Source: the human T2T-CHM13v2.0 reference genome, Homo sapiens
Assembly (NCBI RefSeq): GCF_009914755.1
Contig: NC_060947.1
Reading direction: 5' to 3' (one strand)
DNA length: 64,000 nt
Shown: positions 51,567 to 64,000 of the stretch, piece after piece
Layout of the letters: each line of letters opens with the position of its first letter
Position numbering within the stretch: the first letter of the stretch is position 1
Notes under the pieces: model-generated
Database searches by the model: none
What the model saw: the letters and a program-made list of their open reading frames with translations, nothing else
What the model was told of the DNA's origin: nothing
Position numbers and translations under genes: made by a program

Positions 51567-54040
51567 TGTATTATGCCACTCTTTCATTGCTATAAAGAAA
51601 CACGTGAGACTGGGTAATTTATTTAAAAAGAGGTTGAATTGGCTCACAGTTCTGTAGGATTTACACAAAGCATGGTCCTGGCATCTGCTGGGCTTCTGTG
51701 GAGGTTTCAGGAAGCTAATAATCATGGCAGAAAATGAAGGGGGAGCAAACACATAACATAACTAAAGCAGGAGCAATAGCAGGGGAGGTGCCACACATTT
51801 TTAAACAACAAGATTCTGTGTGAAGTAAGAGAGAGAGATTACTCATCACCAAAAAGATGGTGTCAAGTCATTCATGAGGAATCCGCCCCAATGATCCAAA
51901 TACCTTCCACCAGGCCCCACCTCCAATACTGGGAATTACAATTTAACATGAGATATGGGCAGGGACAAATATGCAAACTATATCATTCCATCCCTGGCTT
52001 CTCCCAACCCTCATGTTCTTCTCACTTTGAAAAATACAATCATGTCTTCCCAACAGTTCCCCAGAGATTTAACTCATGGCAGCATTAACTCAAAAGTTCA
52101 AAGTCTCATCTGAGACAAGGCAAATCTCTTCCACATATAAGCCTACAAATTTTTTAAAAAGTTATGTACTTTCATGATACAATAGGAGTATAGGTATTTT
52201 GTAAATATTGCCATTCCCAAAGGGAGAAACTAGCCAAAAGAGGCTACAGCCTCCATCCAAGTCTGACACACAGCACAACAGTCATTAAATCTTAAAGCTT
52301 CAAAGTAATATATGAATCCATGTTACACATACAGGCACACAGGAGCAAGGGGTGGGTTCTCAAGTCCTTTGTCAACTTCACCCCTGTGGCTTTGCAGGGT
52401 TTAGCCCCTAAGACTGCTCTCACAGGCTGGAGTTGAATACCTGTGGCTTTTCCAGGAGCAGGGTGCAAGCTACTGGTGGATCTATCATTCTTCGGTCTGG
52501 GGAATAATGGACCCCTTCTCATAGCTCTGCTAGGCAGTGCCCAAGTGAGGACTATGTGTGGGGTCTCCAACCCTGCATTTCCCCTTTACACTGATCTAGT
52601 AGAGGCTCTCTGTGAGGGCTCCACCCTTGCAGCTGGTTTCTGTCTGGACACTCAGATGTTTCCATACATTCTCTGAAATCTAGGCAGAGCCTCCAAAGCC
52701 TCCTTCATTTTTGCATTCTGTGCACCTGCAGGCCTAACACCACATGGAAGCCTCCAAGGCTTATGGTTCAAACCCTGTGAAGCAGTAGTCTGAGCTGTAT
52801 CTGGGGACCTTTGAGATGAGGCTGGAGCCACAGCAGTTGGGATGCAGGGAGCAGCATCCCAAAGCTGCACAGGGCAGCAGGGCCCTAGGCCTGGCCCCGA
52901 AATTATTCTTTCCTTCCAGGCCTCTGGGCCTGTTTTGGGAGGGGCTGCCACGAAGGTCTCTGAAATTCTCTTGAGGCCTTTTTCCTATTGTCTTTTCTAT
53001 TAGTGTTTTGGCCCCTTTTAGTTATGGAAATGTCTCTAGCAAGTGGTTACTCTGCATCCTGCTCGAATTCCTTTTCCGAAAAAGCTTTTTTTTTTTCTTT
53101 GTGTGTCACATGGCAAACCTACAAATTTTCCCAGCTTTTACTCACTACTTTCCTTTTACACATATACACTGCAACTTTAGGTCATTTCTTTGCTCCCACA
53201 TCTGGGCATAGGTTGTTAGAAGCAGCCAAGACACATCTTAAATGCTGCTTAGAAATACATTCTATCAGATACCCTAGGGGATCACTCTCAATCTCAAGCT
53301 TCAGCAGATCCCTAGGGCATAAAACGAACGAAGGCAATTTCATTGCTAAGGCATAACATGTGTGAACTTTGCTTCGGTTTCCAATAAGTTCCTCATTTCC
53401 ATCTGACACCTCCTCAGCCTTGACTTCACTGTCAATATTACTATCAGCATTTTGGTTACAGCCATTTAAACATTCTCTAAAAAGTTTCAATCTTTCCTTC
53501 TTTTTCCTGTCCTCTTATGAGCCCTCCAAACTCTTCCAAGCTCTGCTCATTATCCTGTTCCAAAGTTGCTTCCATGTTTTAAGGTATCTTTATAGCAAAG
53601 CCCCACACCTCTGGACCAATTTTCTCTATTAGGCCATTCTTGAATATCTATAAATAAATACAAGAGACTGGGTGATTCAGAAAAAAAAAAGTTTAATTGA
53701 CTAATGGTTTGCAGGCTTTAGAGAAAGCATGGTGCTAGCATCTTCTTGGCTGCTAGGAAGGTCTTGGGAAGCTTAAGATCACAGTGAAAGTGAACGTGTG
53801 AGCAGGTATGTCACGTGTTGAATGCAGAAGCAAGAGGAGGGGAGATGCCACACACTTTTAAACAACCAGATCTTCTGTGAACTCAGAGTGAGAGCTCACT
53901 TATCACCAAGGGGATAGTGACAAGCCATTTATGAGGGATCTGTTTCTATGACCTAAAATCCTCCCAACAGATCTCACCTCCAATACTGGGGATTACAATT
54001 CAACATGAGATTTGGGTGGGGACAAACATTGAGACTATCC
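51567..54040 (-). mobile_element. Complete MST MaLR (MSTB-like): LTR 51567-51985, internal, LTR 53625-54040
   Basis: Two LTRs sharing CTCA(CT)TATCACCAA...CATTCATGAGG; MST internal region; TSD AATGG/GATGG; the L1 5' UTR reads through across the insert. Confidence 0.9.
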
Positions 54041-56860
54041 GATGGAAGTTTGGACCTTTCCTGGGCCAGAGGGGAGGCCACTTCCCTGAAAGGTGAGTCC
54101 CAGGCTTGGCAGCATTTACAACAAGTGGACTTAAGAGCCCTTTATCATGAGTGAACATGATTGGTAGCCAGGCTGTACTCTCTGTGGACCCCTGGTTTCA
54201 GTGGCCATGGAGAGAGACCACTCTGCTTTTGGAAATGGGAGGAAAGAATGAAAAATAATTTGTCACGTGGGTTGGGTGTCTCGTGGGTCACAGTAGAATA
54301 GACCAAATGATAGTTTCCTAAGGTTTATGATTCCAGGCCCCGGCTCCTAGATAGCATCTGAGAGCTGCTCAGTGCCACAGAGAACTTGCCACCCTGAAAC
54401 GAGGGACACAAGACTGGCTGGCTTCACTACTGGCTGATTGTGGAGCACTAGGGCCTTGAGCAAACATAGACGGTAGCCAGGTAGTAGTTACACCAGGCCC
54501 TGGGCAAGATGCAGTGTTGTGCTGGATTCAGCTCCAACCCAGCAGAGTTTCACTGGAGGTTGCAACAGGGGTGCTTGGGTCAACCCTAACCAAGCTCCAC
54601 GTTGCTCAGCACAAAGAGAGGGACTTGATTTGTTTGGAAGAAAGTAAAGGAAGTAAAGAAAAGTCTCAAATTGGTGATCCAGAGAATTCTTCTGGATCTT
54701 ATCCCAAGGCCACCAAGGTGGTACCTCTGTAACTCTTCAAGATCCACAACATTACTAAACTTGGGGTGCCCACTTGTGCAGATTCAGCTGCAGTAACTAA
54801 AAACTTAGACTGCAATACCCAAGACTCTTCAAATATTTGGAAAAACTTCACAATAATAATGGGTACAGACAAGTGGTATCTCTACAAGTTTACAAGTGCT
54901 GCAATGTTACTGGGCTTGAGGTGGCCCCTAAAGCAGAAACAGCTTAGATCACAACACTCAAATCCTTTTAAATACCTGGAAAGCATTCCCAAGAAGGACA
55001 GCTACAAATAAACCCAGACTATGAAGACTACAATGAATACGTAATTCTTCAGTGCCCAGATATCAAGGAATATCCATAAGCATCAATACCATCCAGGAAA
55101 ATGTGACCTCACCAAATGAACTAATAAAAAGCACCATGGACCGATCCTGGAGAGACAGAAATATATGAACTTTCAGACAGAATTCAAAATAGCTGCTTTG
55201 TGAAAACTCAATGAAATTCAAGATAACACAGAGAAGGAATTCAGAATCCTATTAGATAAATTTAAAAACAACACTGCAATATTTTTTAAAAATTACCAAG
55301 AATTCTAGAGTTAAAAAATGTAACTGACATACTATAGGATGCATCAGAGTCTCTTAATAGCAGAACTTATCAAACAGAAGAAAGAATTACTAAGTGAGCC
55401 TGAAGACAGGCCATTTGAAAAAACACAGTCAGAGGTAAAAAGGAAAACAAATACAAATGAATTAAGCACACCCACAAGATCTAGAAAATTGCCTCAAAAG
55501 GGCAAATCTAAAGAGATGATGGCCTTAAAGAGGAAGTAGAGAAACAGAGAGAAAGAAAGAAAATTTATTCAAAGAGATAGTAACAGAAAACTACCCCAAA
55601 CTAGAGAAAGATACTAATATTCAGGTAAAAGAAGATTATAGAATACCAAGCACATTTAACCCAAAGAAGACTACCTCAAGACATTTAAAAATGGAATTCC
55701 TAAAGGGCAAACATAGAGGAAGAATCCTAAAAGTGGCACAATAAATAAAACAAATAACATACATTGGTGCTCTAATATGTCTGGCAGCAGACTTTTTACT
55801 GAAAACTTTACAGTCCAGGAGACAGTGGCATGACATACTTAAAATGTTGAAGGAAAAGCTTTTTACCTTGGAATAGTATATCTGGCAAAAATATCCTGCA
55901 AACATAAAGGATAAATAAATACTTTTCCAGACAAACAAAAGCTGAAGAATTTCATCAACACCAGATCTATCTTATAAGATATGCTAAAGGAGGTTCTTCA
56001 ATTTTAAAGAAAATGATGTTAATGAGCAATAAAAATTATCTAAATGTACAAAACTCACTGGTAATTGTGAGTACATAAAAATACAAAACATTTTAACACC
56101 GTATTTGTGGTATGTAAACTACTCATACCTGGAATAGAAGGTCTAAAACATGAATTCATCAAAAACAATAACTGCAAAATTTCTAAACATATACAGTACA
56201 ATAAAATAAATAGAAATAACAAAAAGTTAAAAAATAGAGGAACAAAACTAAAGTATAGGGTTTTTTAAAATTAGTTTTCTCTAATAGTTCGTTAGTTTAT
56301 GCAATCAGTGTTAAGTTGCCATGAATTTAAAATAATGGGTTATAAGATATTATTTGCAAGACTCATAGTAACCTCAAATTAAAAAAATAAAATGGTAACA
56401 CAAAACATAGAAAGCAAGAAATTAAAAATGCAACCAAAGAGAATTATCTCTACTAAGAGCTAGATAGGAAGGAAGAAAAATAAAAATGAAGGAAGGAAGG
56501 AAGGAAGGAAGATAGGATCTGAAAACAACCAGAAAACACATAACGAACTGGCAGAAGTAACTCCTTACTTATCAATAATAGTATTAAATGTAAATGGAAA
56601 ACCTCTCCTATCAAAAGAACTACAGGGGCTGAATGGATTAAAAAAAAAAAGGCCCAATATTCTGTTCCTTATAAAAAACACACTTTACAAAGACATACAC
56701 AGGCTGAAAATGAAGGAATGAAAGAAAATATTCTATGCCTATGGAAACCAAAAAAGAGCAGCAGTATATATACCTACATCAGATGAAATAGATTTCAAGA
56801 AAACAACTGGTAAAAAGAAACAGAGATCATCATATAATGGTAAAGGAGTCAATTCAGTAG

Positions 56861-57224
<364 letters not shown>

Positions 57225-60200
57225 ATAAAGCAAATATTTTTACAGCTGAAGAGAAAGATAGACCCCAATATAATAATAGCTGGAGACTTCAATGCCCCAT
57301 TTTCAGCATTGGACAAATCTTCCAGACAGAAAATGAACAAAGAAACATTGGACATAATCTTCAGTATAGAACAAATAGACCTAATAAATATTTACAGAAC
57401 ATTTAATCCAATGATCCAATGGTTACAGAATACACCTTTTTTCCTCAGCACATAAATTAATCTCAAGGATAAACCATATGCTAGGCAATAAAACAAATCT
57501 TAAAACATTCAAAAAAATGAAATAATATCAAGTATCTTCTCTGACCACAAATGAATAAAACTGTAAGTCAATAACAGGAGGAAATTTGAAAATATACAAC
57601 CATGTGGAAATTAAACAGTATAATCCTGAATGACCAGTGGGTAAATGAAGAAATTAAGACAAAGATGAAAAAAATTCATGCAAATAATAATGGAAATACA
57701 ATATATCAAAACCTATGTGATACAGCAAAAGCAGTACTAAGAGGAAAGTTTATAGCAGTAAGTGCCTACATCAGAAAAGAAAAAAAAAACTAAAAAAACT
57801 GTACAATGCATCATAAAGAAATAGAACAGCAAGAACAAACCCAATGCAAAGTTAGCAGAAGAAAAGTAATATTAAGGATCATAGCATAAATAAATAAACT
57901 TGAAACAAAGAAAACAATATGAAACACCCACAAAGCAAAAAATTGGTTTTTGAAAATGTAAACAAAATTGACAAATGTTTAGACAGACTGATGAAAAAAA
58001 GTGACAGAAGACTTAAGTACCGTCAGAGATAAAAAAAAAAAAAACAGTACAACCAGTACTGCAGAAAATCAAAGTATTACTAGAGATTACATTGAGCAAC
58101 TATATGCCAATAAATTGGAAAACTTATCAGAAATTGAAAAATTCCTAGACACATCCAACCCACCAAGATTGAAACATAAAGAAATCCAAAACCTGAACAG
58201 ACCAATAACTAGTAACAAAATTAAAGCCACAATAAAAAAGTCTCCCAGCCAAAAAAGTCCAGGATCAAATGGCTTCACTGCTGAATTTTACTAAACATTT
58301 AAAGAAAAACTAATACCAATCCTACTCTAACTATTCTGAAAAACAGAGGAGGAGAACATGCTTTCAAACTCATTCTCTGAGGTTATTATTACCCTGATAC
58401 CAAAACCAGACAAAAACAAAACAAAACAAACGACCCTGATGGGCATTTATGCAAAAATCCTCAATAAAATACTAACAAATCAAATTCAGAAACACTTTAA
58501 AAAATTATTCATTATGACTAAGTTGGATTCATTGAAGGGATGCAAGAATATTTCTCTATACGCTAATCAAACCACGTGATACATCATTTCAACAGGATGA
58601 AGGACAAAAATTGTATAGTCATTTTCATTGATGCTGAAAAAGGATTTGGTAAAATTTAACAAAAATCCTAAAAAATAGGTATATGAAAAACATACATCAC
58701 CGTAATAAAAGTCATTTATGCAGACCAACAGCTAGTATCATGCTGAATGAATAAAAACTGAAAGCTTTTCCTCTTAGATCTGGAATATGACAAGGATACC
58801 CACTTTCACCACTGTTATTCAACATAGTACAGGAAGTCCTAGTTAGAGAAACCAGATAGAGACAGATATAAAGGACATCTGCATTCAAATGGAATAAGTG
58901 AAATTATTTTTGTTTGCCATTAATATAACCTTATATTTGTAAAAACCAAAAGATTCCACCAGAAATGTATTAGAACTGATAAACAAATTCAGTAAATTTG
59001 GAAGATACAAAATCAATAGCATGCCAATAGTGAAAAACTTGAAAAAGAATTAAAAAAGTAATCTCATTTACAATAGCTGCAAGTAACATTGAATATCTAG
59101 GGATAAACTTAACCAAAGAAATTAAAAGTCTCTGCAATAAAAACTATAAAACATTGATGAAAGAAATTATGAGGACACAAAAAACTGGAAAGATATTCCA
59201 TGTTTATGGATTGGAAGAATCAATATTGTTAAGTTGTCCATACTACGCAAGGCAATCTATGAATTCAGTGCAATCCTTATCAAAATACCAATGACGCTTT
59301 TCACAGAAATAGAAAATGCCATGCTAAAATTTACGTTGAACCACAAAAGACCCAGAGTAGCCAAAGCTATTCTGAACAATAAGAACAAAACTGGAGGAAT
59401 CACATTACATACCTTCAAGTTATACTATAGAGCAATAGTAATCCAAACAGCATGATACTGGAATAAAAAGAAACACACAGGCCAGTGGAACAGAGTGAAA
59501 AACCCAGAAACAAATCTATACATATACAGTGAACTCATTTTTGACAAAGGTTTTAAGAACAGACATTGGGAAAAGGACAGTCACTTCAATAAATGGTGAT
59601 AGGCAAACTGGATATAGATATACAGAAGAATGAAACTGGATCCCTATCTCTCACTATGTAAAAAAAAAAATCAAACAAAATGGGCAAAAGAAAGAAAAAT
59701 AATCAAATCAAAATGGATTAAATAATTACATCTAACACCTTAAACTATGAAACTACTAAAAGAGAACATTGGGGAAATTCTCCAGGACATTGATCTACAC
59801 AAAAATTTCCTGAGTGATACCCTACAAGCACAGGCAACCAAAGTAAAAATGGACAAATAATATTACATCAAGTTAAAAAGCTTCTGCACAGCAAAGGAAA
59901 CAATCAATAATGTTAAGAGACAATCCACAGGAGAAAATATCTGTAAAATAACCACGTGACAAGGGATTAATAACTAGACTATATAAGGAACTCATACAAC
60001 TCAAAGGGAAAAAATCTAATAATCTGAATTAAAAATGGCAAAAATCTGAGTAGACATTTCTTAAAAGAAGACATACAAATGGCAAACAGGTATACAAAAG
60101 TGCTGAACATTACTGATCACCAGAGAAATGCAAATCAGAAGTACAGCATGGTATCTTCTCACCCCAGTATAAATGGCTTTTATCGAAAGACAGGTGACAA

Positions 60201-60985
60201 CAAATGTTGGTCAGGATATGGAGAAAAAGAAACTTCTGTACAATGCTGGTGAGAATGTAAATTAATACAACCACAGTGGAGAACAGCTTTGAAGGTTTTT
60301 CAAAAATCTAAACTAGAGCTACCATATAATCCAGCAATCCCACTGCTAGGTCTATATTTAAAATAAAGGAAATCAGTATATGGAAGAGATATCTGCACTC
60401 CCATGTTTATTGCAGTACTATTCACAATAGCAAAGATTTGGAATCACCCTAAGTGTCTATCAACAGATGAATGGAGTACCATTCAGTCATAAAGAAGAAT
60501 GAGATTCTGTCATTTGCAACAACATGGATGAAACTGGAAGTTATTGTTTAGTAAAATAAACCAGAAACCAACAAACTTTGCATGTTCTCAGTTATTTTTA
60601 GGAGCTAAAACATAACACAATTGAACTAATGGAGATAGAAGGTAGAATGATGGTTACCAGAGTCAGGGAAGGGTATTGGGGGTGGGGGATCATGGCGACG
60701 GTGGGGGAGTAGAGATGTTTAATGGGCACAAAAAATAGAATGATTAAGATCTAGTATTTGATAGTACAACAGGGTTACTGCGGTCAATAATAATTTAATT
60801 TCATAAAGTAAAATTGTATAATTGGATTGTTTGTAACACGCAGAAATGTGTGAAGTGATTAATACCCAATTTTCTCTGATGTAATTATTATTCATTATAT
60901 GCTTGTATCAAAATATCTTATATACCCCGTAAATATATACACCTACTAGGTAACCACAATAAGAAAAATGTGTAAAGTAAGAAAA

Positions 60986-61262
60986 GATGACATTCTTCAC
61001 AGAAATATAAATAATTCTAAAATGTATATGGAATCACAAAAGACCCAGAATTACCAAATCAATCTTCAGCAAAAGAACAAACCTGAAGGCACTGTATGTG
61101 TTACCTGACTTCAAATTATACTACAAAGATCTGGTAACCAATACAGCATTGCACTGGCATAAAAACAGACACATATTCCGATGAAATAGAGAATGGAGAA
61201 CCTTAAATAAATCTATGTATTTACAGCCAACTCGTCTTCAACAAAAGTGCCAAGAAGGTATG
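60986..61262 (+). mobile_element. Separate L1 ORF2 fragment
   Basis: ATGACATTCTTCACAGAAAT...TGGAATCACAAAAGACCCAGAAT...CCTGACTTCAAATTATACTACAAAG, paralogous to about 59290-59550. Confidence 0.8.
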
Positions 61263-61265
61263 CTT

Positions 61266-61693
61266 TGTGAAGGGCCGTGTATGTAAAATGACCCCCAAAT
61301 GCAGAGGAGCTGAGAAAAAATAAAGAAAGATAAGTCCAGCTTGTCATAAGGTGGTTTTATTTGGTAACTTATGAACAGAAATATGGTCTTTGGTTGCCTC
61401 AAACAGGTAGATCTCCACACCATCACCCACTAGACCCAGTAACTATATACCCTAGGGACAGGCACACGTACTTCAGGGGAATGGGTAGAAATTTGCCCAA
61501 AGGGCAGGGTTTACAGTAAGTCTGAGCTGATCAAGTTCAATTTGATCTAAGGGCAGAATTTATGCTAAGTACCTATTCTTACACAAGGAACAAGAGATAA
61601 ATTGGAAATCCCATAGGCATTCCTGTAACCTGAGTTAATTAGAAATTAACATGGCAGATTAGTTTCAAAGATGGAGTTACCTTATCCTCCACA
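61266..61693 (-). mobile_element. 3' LTR of class III ERV (LTR47-like)
   Basis: Minus strand: purine tract AGAGGGGTGGAC then TGTGGAGGATAAGGTAACTCCATCTTTGAAACTAATCTGCCATGTT; ends in CACA. Confidence 0.8.
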
Positions 61694-64000
61694 GTCCACC
61701 CCTCTAATCTGGCTCTTACAATCTCACATGGCCTTCTTTTTTGCAATGGTCCCTGGGCCTTTATTTGAAGAGGTTGTGGATGACATCAGTTTGTTTTCTA
61801 CTTGAAGAAGAGTCTGCAGCAATAATCCAGACAATAGCAGGCAATAACACCTATGCCAAGTAGATATTTTTTGCTTCCTGGCAAGAAATATCTTATTCAC
61901 CCTAAGGGGAGATGTCAATTCAACCCCCATTCAAATGTCCCCTACTCCAGCTAAAGATCTTGGGGAGTCCTAAAAAACATTTGCTATTCACCCTTTATCA
62001 GCTCTGGTAGAGATGCATCTGGTCAAACTTTCTTTTTTCCTTTTCAATTTATTTATCGATTGTGTTGTATTTTATTTTATTATTATTATTTTTTGAGACA
62101 GGGTCTCCCTTGTCACTGGCTGGAGTGAAGTAGTGTGATCTTGGCTTACTGCAGCCTCAACTTCCTGGGCTCAAGCAATTCTCCCGCTTCAGCCTCCCGG
62201 ATAGCTGGGAATACAGACATGCATTTTTGTATTTTTTTGTTTGTAGAGATGGGTTTTCACCATGTTGCCCAGGCTGGTCTTGAACTCTTGGGCTCAAACG
62301 ATCTGCCTGCTTTCACCTTCCAAAGTGTTGGAATTGCAGGGGTAAGCTACCATGTCCGGCCTGAAATTTCTTTACAACCATGGTTAATGGGCACTCCTTT
62401 AAAGTCGTCCCAAGTCCTTGGTAGGGTGCCAGCCCTGTACTTACCTCAACTGAATTAAGTTTCCTAAAAGCTTGAGGAAAAACCTTTACCCACCAAGGCA
62501 AGGTATTGAATTATGAAAGTGCCCAAAGTTGTTCCTTGAAAATGCCATTTTTTCCTATCAATCAACCCTTCCACTTGGGGATTGTATGGCAAGAAAAATC
62601 TCCAGTCTATATCTCTTTCATGTTCCCAATCTTGTACCTTACGTTCAGTGAAATGCTCACGTCAGTTGCTATTAATGCAACGAGGGTATTTATCCATGAC
62701 ACTGGGCTGCCCCAAGCATTTAATGGTGGCTGTTTGGTTTGTCATTTTTGCAAAGAAATGTGTGTAACAATCCCATGGCAATGTCTACACGTGTTGGTGC
62801 ACACTTTTGTCCCAAGTTTACTGGCAGGAGTTTGATGTAGTCTACCTGCTAGCCTCTCACATGGCTGGACATCTTATGAATTTGTCCAGGTGTATGTGGG
62901 ATGTGGCAGGGGAGCCGTCTGTTACTTGTGACACTAAATCTACATAGTGGAGAGGCATATCTGCTCCTTTGGATATCTGCCAGCCCACACGTGTACTGCA
63001 ATGTTTATGTACCCAATTAGCTAGCTCAAATGACTGCAAGAGAGCCAGCATTCTAATATTCGCTATAGTATCTGCCTCCATGTTACTGAGAGGTGAATCT
63101 GACCAGTGTGCTGAAACATAATACACATTTAGCCTCATGGTGGGTTCTTGTAGCCTTTCAAATATCTTTCCACATAGCAGCTCCTCATAAGGGTTTATTG
63201 AGGACATACCAGTCATCTCGGTCCCACTGGGCAAGCCAAGTGGAAAGATTCTTAAATACAGCCCAACTGTTTGTACAGAGGACTATAAGCCATAACTCCT
63301 GGGTACAAACCAACCACAGCCCAGAGTTCTGCCCATTGACTGCTTTTCTGTGCTACCATTTCAAACCATATGGTATCTGTCTGTGGTTGTACAGGTACTG
63401 CCTTGTATATACAAGGGTTACTTCAGCTGCACCCATCTGAGGACCAAGTGACCCCTAGGAACTTTACAGCTGGTCCTGGGCCTTGTATCTTTTATGGATT
63501 GATGGCTCATCCTCTGGATTGGAGACAGGAACACAATAAGTCAAGGTGTTGTCATAGCAATGACAAGTCTTCGGAGGTCAGCATAACATCACCAATGTAA
63601 TGAAACTATTTTACAATAGTGGGTGGTGGACATATAGTTAAATCTCCAGGAATCAATCCATATCAAATAGTGGGGCCATGTAGATTTCCCTGAGGCAACA
63701 ATTGGAATGTCCATTGCTGGTCATTCCAAGTAAAAGCAAATTGATCCTGTGAGTCAGGATGTAAAGGGATACTGAAGAAGGCATTGACTAGACCTAATGC
63801 AGTAAGTTAAGTGCCTATAGTTTGTATTCGTTTTCCTATCAGCTGAGTTATATAGACACTGCAGCATACATTTTGGGAGCCAGCTTATTTAATTCCTGGT
63901 AGTCTATCATTGTGTACCAGGTGCCATCAACTTTCTCCACTGGTCATGTGGAAGTACTAAATGGGCTCTGGAGTGGTGGAATCATATTAGCTTTGGCCAG
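61694..64000 (-). pseudogene. pol: ERVL-type internal region with decayed pol (RT, RNase H, integrase); runs off the window
   Basis: Minus-strand peptides VDGTWYTMIDYQELNK, LVNAFFSIPLHPDSQDQFAFTW...LPQG, FHYIGDVML (YIDD-like, about 63585-63605), WAVFKNL, YVSAH, EGLIDRKNGIFKEQL. Confidence 0.85.
62030..62361 (-). mobile_element. AluJ-type SINE
   Basis: GAGACAGGGTCTC...GCAGCCTCAACTTCCTGGGCTCAAGC...GTTGCCCAGGCTGGTCTTGAACTCTTGGGCTCAA; strongly diverged. Confidence 0.88.

Overview
This is primate (human-like) genomic DNA: it carries AluY/AluS/AluJ, L1PA/L1MA, THE1/MST and MER4-group ERVs. No intact protein-coding gene, RNA gene or CRISPR array can be supported. Most of the window is a deeply nested stack of retroelements. 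An old antisense L1 with younger inserts spans 3.6-7.5 kb. An ERV cluster at 7.5-26.1 kb holds a MER57 remnant, a class I ERV with readable gag-TAG-pro-RT split by a complete THE1D, an opposing MER4A provirus carrying an LTR8, and an ERVL-like MER21 internal region with its LTR. Further along are L1PA8-like and L1MA elements, a MER52 LTR inside an MLT1 LTR, a near full-length L1MA split by a complete MST element and an AluY, and an LTR47-type class III provirus at the right edge. The longer ORFs in the track are repeat-derived. I found no convincing new biological system. The best leads are structural: a probable large deletion joining two proviruses at about 14958, a TSD-flanked L1 whose 5' tip is fused to ORF2, a local copy of part of the MER52 LTR, young tandem duplications, and a possible env remnant in the class III ERV. 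Subfamily names come from remembered consensus sequences and need RepeatMasker/Dfam confirmation.
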